A stretch of 64,000 bases of DNA from positions 11,149 through 75,148 of the forward strand of contig CAVTZU010000032.1 of the NCBI GenBank assembly GCA_963739305.1. The letters run 5' to 3'. This document shows positions 60,333-64,000 of this stretch, piece by piece. The DNA is from Candidatus Bathyarchaeota archaeon. Lineage in GTDB: Archaea > Thermoproteota > Bathyarchaeia > Bathyarchaeales > Bathycorpusculaceae. Both the position numbers and the translations under genes were made by a program. The notes beneath the pieces were generated by a model. The model was not told the origin of the DNA. It was given only the letters and a program-made list of their open reading frames with translations, and searched no databases. Each line of letters opens with the position of its first letter. The first letter of the stretch is position 1.

Positions 60333-62549
60333 ATGGTAAAGTACAGGCAGACTGAAGAAATTCAGAAGTTGATGAGTTGCCGAGAGATGATTCGCAACAC
60401 GAGCATCATCGCTCATGTTGATCATGGCAAGACGACTCTTTCAGACAGTCTTTTGGCTGCGGCTGGCATCATTAGTGAGCAGAGGGCTGGGCAGCAGCTT
60501 GCTTTGGATTCTTGGGAGCTTGAGCAGAAGAGACAGATGACTGTTTTTGCTTCAAACATAAGCCTGGCGCATACTTACAAGGGTCAGGATTACCTGATCA
60601 ATCTGATTGACACTCCGGGACACATTGACTTCAGCGGTGCGGTCACGAGAAGTCTGCGTGCGGTTGACGGCGCGTTAGTTGTTGTTGATGCCGTTGAGGG
60701 TCCGATGACTCAGACCGAGACGGTTTTGATGCAGGCTTTGAGGGAGCGGGTGAAGCCGATTCTGTTCATCAACAAGGTTGACCGTCTGATCAAGGAGATT
60801 AAGCTGACTTCGGAGGAGATTCAGAAGAAGTTCGCAAAGATAATCGCTCGGGTTAACAATTTGATTGAGAAGTATGCTCCGGTGGAGCACAAGAAAGATT
60901 GGCAGGTTAAGGTTGATGATGGGTCGGTGGCTTTTGGCTCGGCCTTGCACAAGTGGGGGCTGAATTTGCCTCACATGAAGATGAAAGGTGTGACCTTCAA
61001 AGATATCATTGATGCTTACACTGGGGAGAAGATAGATATTGATCGGAAGGTTGATGCTTTGAGCAAGAGGGCTCCGTTGGCTGAGCCTATCTTGGACATG
61101 TTTATTGAGCATTTGCCGAATCCACTTGAGGCACAGCCGTATAGACAGAGTCAGATTTGGCCGGGTGACCCTGAGAGTGAGGTCGGCAAAGCTATGGCTA
61201 AGGTGGATCCAAATGGGCCGTTGTTGATGTGTATTTCAACGATTGAAGTTGATACTCACAGCGGCGTTGTTGCGATCGGGCGGATTTTCAGTGGTACGGT
61301 GGATAAGGGTAAGGTTGTTCAGCTGGTCACCGCTCGCACGAAGGGCCCGATTCAGCAGGTTTACATGAGTATGGCTGCTGACAAGGTGATTATTGACAGG
61401 GTTCCCGCTGGGAATATCGCTGCGATTTCTGGTTTGCCGGCTATGCATGTTGGGGAAACCGTTGCTGAGGACGGGATCGAAGTGAAAGGGTTTGAGGGGT
61501 TGAAATACGTTTCTGACCCAGTGGTCACGGTGGCTGTTGAGCCCGCGGATGTCAAGGATCTCCCGTTGTTCGACAAGGTCATGCATAAGCTAACGACTGA
61601 AGACCCGAACCTGCACTTTTTGATTAACAAGGAGAGCGGGGAGTACTTGTTGAGCGGTATGGGTGAGTTGCACTTGGAGATTACTGCTTATCGTATGCAG
61701 GAAGCGAACTTGAAAGTGAAAACCAGTAAGCCGATCGTGATTTATCGCGAGACGATTAGTCATGATTATCGTGGGCCGGCGATTATGGGCAAGAGCCCCA
61801 ACAAGCACAACAAGTTGTGGGTGACGATTCAGAAGCTGCCTGATGACGTTGTTGAAGCGATTAAGAATGGGAAGATTTCTGAGATGCAGAGTAGGGATGA
61901 TCGCGTTAAGGCTTTGAAGGGGTTCGGTTGGGATACGGATGATGCGAAGGGTGTTGTGGCGATTGAGGCGAATAACATTCTCGTGAACCGGATTAGGGGT
62001 AGGCAGTATGTTGATGAGATTATGGATCACATCAAGTCTGGTTTCAGGGAGGCGGTTTTTACTTCGGTGTTGGCTAAAGAGCCCGCTTATGGGTTGAAGG
62101 TGAATTTGGAGGATGTTACGGTTCATGAGGATCCCGTGCATCGTGGTCCGGCGCAGATTTTGCCTATGACTTGGCGTCCGATTTGGTGTGCGTTTTTGTT
62201 GAGTGATCCTAAGCTTTTGGAGCCTTTGATTAGTTTTGAGTGTAAGGTGCCGAATCAGTTTGTGAGCAGTGTGATTGCTACGGTGCAGAAGCGTCGGGGG
62301 AAAATTCTGGACATGATTAACGAGGAGGACATGATTATTGTGAAGGCCGAGATGCCTGTGTCTGAGTCGTTTGGTTTGGCTGAGGAGTTGCGGTCTTCGA
62401 CGGAGGGCAGGGCTTTTTGGGCGACGCAGTTTAGTCGTTGGGCTCCTGTTCCTGAGCAGATGCAGGGGGAAATAGTGGCGAAGATTCGGGAACGCAGGGG
62501 TTTGGCGCCGACGCCGCCGAGGGCTGAAGAGTTCTTCGAAGACGCGTAG
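60333..62549 (+). CDS. fusA: translation elongation factor EF-2 (aEF-2 family)
   Basis: AHVDHGKT, DTPGH, NKVD, GMGELHLE, diphthamide loop HEDPVHRGPAQI. Confidence 0.96.
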   Translation: MVKYRQTEEIQKLMSCREMIRNTSIIAHVDHGKTTLSDSLLAAAGIISEQRAGQQLALDSWELEQKRQMTVFASNISLAHTYKGQDYLINLIDTPGHIDFSGAVTRSLRAVDGALVVVDAVEGPMTQTETVLMQALRERVKPILFINKVDRLIKEIKLTSEEIQKKFAKIIARVNNLIEKYAPVEHKKDWQVKVDDGSVAFGSALHKWGLNLPHMKMKGVTFKDIIDAYTGEKIDIDRKVDALSKRAPLAEPILDMFIEHLPNPLEAQPYRQSQIWPGDPESEVGKAMAKVDPNGPLLMCISTIEVDTHSGVVAIGRIFSGTVDKGKVVQLVTARTKGPIQQVYMSMAADKVIIDRVPAGNIAAISGLPAMHVGETVAEDGIEVKGFEGLKYVSDPVVTVAVEPADVKDLPLFDKVMHKLTTEDPNLHFLINKESGEYLLSGMGELHLEITAYRMQEANLKVKTSKPIVIYRETISHDYRGPAIMGKSPNKHNKLWVTIQKLPDDVVEAIKNGKISEMQSRDDRVKALKGFGWDTDDAKGVVAIEANNILVNRIRGRQYVDEIMDHIKSGFREAVFTSVLAKEPAYGLKVNLEDVTVHEDPVHRGPAQILPMTWRPIWCAFLLSDPKLLEPLISFECKVPNQFVSSVIATVQKRRGKILDMINEEDMIIVKAEMPVSESFGLAEELRSSTEGRAFWATQFSRWAPVPEQMQGEIVAKIRERRGLAPTPPRAEEFFEDA

Positions 62550-62573
62550 GTTTAGCTGGCTGACCAGCCGCGG

Positions 62574-62597
62574 CTCTTTTTTCTCTTTTGTTTTTTC
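62574..62597 (+). terminator. oligo(T) terminator
   Basis: CTCTTTTTTCTCTTTTGTTTTTT after the EF-2 stop. Confidence 0.55.
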
Positions 62598-62651
62598 TAA
62601 AGGTTAATCTAGTCAGGATGGCACGTTTCTTCAAGCCCGAGGTGCTGCGGT

Positions 62652-62927
62652 GTGGTTAGTCTTTCGATGGTGGTTCTTGTTGTTCCGCTTGTCGTTGGCA
62701 TCGTGGCGGGTTTTCTGTTTCGCGGTGGGCGACGTGTGGATTTGAGTCGGGTTGTTTTTGGTGTGATTGTTGTTTTGATTTTTTCCCTTGGGTTTTCGAT
62801 CGGTTCGAATGGTGAGTTGTTGGGTTCGTTGCCGACGGTTGGCGTTAGCGGTTTGGTGTTTGCTTTGTTGACGATTGGGTTCAGCGTGTTGTTTGTGGTG
62901 TTGGTTCGACGGAGGTTGAGGTTGTGA
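62652..62927 (+). CDS. LysO/DUF340 family N-terminal-type small membrane protein
   Basis: LIFSLGFSIGSN; 3 TM; overlaps the next gene (GTGA). Confidence 0.75.
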   Translation: MVSLSMVVLVVPLVVGIVAGFLFRGGRRVDLSRVVFGVIVVLIFSLGFSIGSNGELLGSLPTVGVSGLVFALLTIGFSVLFVVLVRRRLRL

Positions 62928-63532
62928 TCAAGTATATTCTTCTTGCGCTTGTTGTGGGTGGTGTGTTGGGTTACGTGAACAGCAACGTGAGGGGCGGGTT
63001 TTCGGGTGTTTGGGTTTCTGATTACTTGTTTAATGGGTCGTTGTTTTGTTTGTTGTTTGTGATGGGTTTTGGGTTTGGGGTTGACAGGGATGCAGTGAGA
63101 CGGTTCAAGGGGAAGGGTTTGAGGGTTCTTGTCGTTCCGTTGGTTGTTGCTTTTGGAAGCTTGTTGGGGGGTTTGGTGGCGGGTTTGATTTTAGGTTTGA
63201 ACTTGTTTGGTTCGATGGCTGTGGCTGCTGGGTTCGGTTGGTACACGTTGACGGGTCCTTTGTTGTCGCAGGTTTTAGGTTCGCAGTGGGGTGCGTTGGG
63301 GTTCGTGGCTAATTTTCTGAGGGAGTTGTTGACGATTGTCATGGTTTCGTTTTGGATGCGAGTTGACAGGTATGCTGCGGTGGCTTCGGGTGGGGCGACG
63401 ACGATGGATACGACGTTGCCGGTGATCGTGCGGTACGGTGGATCGGACGTGTTGGTTGCGGCGTTTTCGAGTGGGTTTGTGTTGAGTTTGGTTGCGCCTT
63501 TTGCAGTGTTGGGTTTTGCGAGTTTGGCGTAG
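62924..63532 (+). CDS. lysine exporter LysO (DUF340) family protein
   Basis: GFGWYTL, NFLRELL, GGATTMDTTLP. Confidence 0.9.
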   Translation: MIKYILLALVVGGVLGYVNSNVRGGFSGVWVSDYLFNGSLFCLLFVMGFGFGVDRDAVRRFKGKGLRVLVVPLVVAFGSLLGGLVAGLILGLNLFGSMAVAAGFGWYTLTGPLLSQVLGSQWGALGFVANFLRELLTIVMVSFWMRVDRYAAVASGGATTMDTTLPVIVRYGGSDVLVAAFSSGFVLSLVAPFAVLGFASLA

Positions 63533-64000
63533 GCCCATGATGTGGCCTACTCAACATGGATTTTGACAAAAAAACAGTCTAAAACACCCTACCCCCCGGC
63601 CTTTTTTTCGTGCAGAGGCTTTCGGACAGGCGCGTGAGAGTGTTTACATGAGGGGATTCGCGTAGTCGAGAGATGGTTTTGGATGTTGGTCCTCTTGCTC
63701 TTCTATGCTGACTCGGCTGGTTAGTCCTGTGATGTCATGGTATTGGATTTCTATTACAAGCAGTTCAGAAGTTGCGAGAACGCTATTCTATTTGCTCTTG
63801 ATAGGCGCCTCGACGGTAAATGTTGTGCGTTTGCCTTTTCGGCGCACGCGAGGGAGAGCGTGAGAAGTATTTGTCAAGCTCGTTCAGTTTTTCCAGGTCC
63901 TCTTCAAGAAGCTCTGTCCATCAGGAAGTCAGCCTTACACTCGGCTAAACCAGGGCGCATTTTTAATTGGCATCCTCCGCCCATACCACTAATAAATCTA

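Noticed and set aside
63640-63985. Fragmentary minus-strand ORFs (e.g. ELLEEDLEKLNELDKYF) downstream of the terminal promoter-like motif
   Set aside because: Short, needs a frameshift, no recognisable family; cannot be supported
1-64000. CRISPR arrays, rRNA, transposases, selenocysteine/pyrrolysine read-through
   Set aside because: No regularly spaced repeats or such genes seen; the split genes are explained by indels, not in-frame stops

Overview
Gene-dense archaeal chromosomal segment, most consistent with Bathyarchaeia (TACK); this is inferred from gene content and order, not from a search. Housekeeping genes include the exosome/proteasome superoperon (psmA-SBDS-rrp4-rrp41-rrp42-rpl37ae-pcc1, then pfdB-DUF3194-DHH), alaS, leuS, hisS, tiaS, tsr3, mtnA, a splicing-endonuclease beta subunit, two moeA, an ECF module and EF-2. 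Also present are a type IV pilus locus, a flavodiiron/DUF438 redox module and a tRNA-Arg(TCT) with two BHB introns. The most notable block is a tightly coupled, complete NHEJ operon (LigD-type polymerase, Ku, ligase fused to a C-terminal phosphoesterase, DUF72) lying between alaS and leuS. Non-coding signals include strongly intergenic-enriched (GC)n tracts, a recurrent ACATTAGA+TATA motif, a G-U-rich structured leader at 18.8 kb and a steep G+T strand skew at the right end. Several single-base frameshifts may be assembly errors. No CRISPR array, rRNA or transposase was seen.
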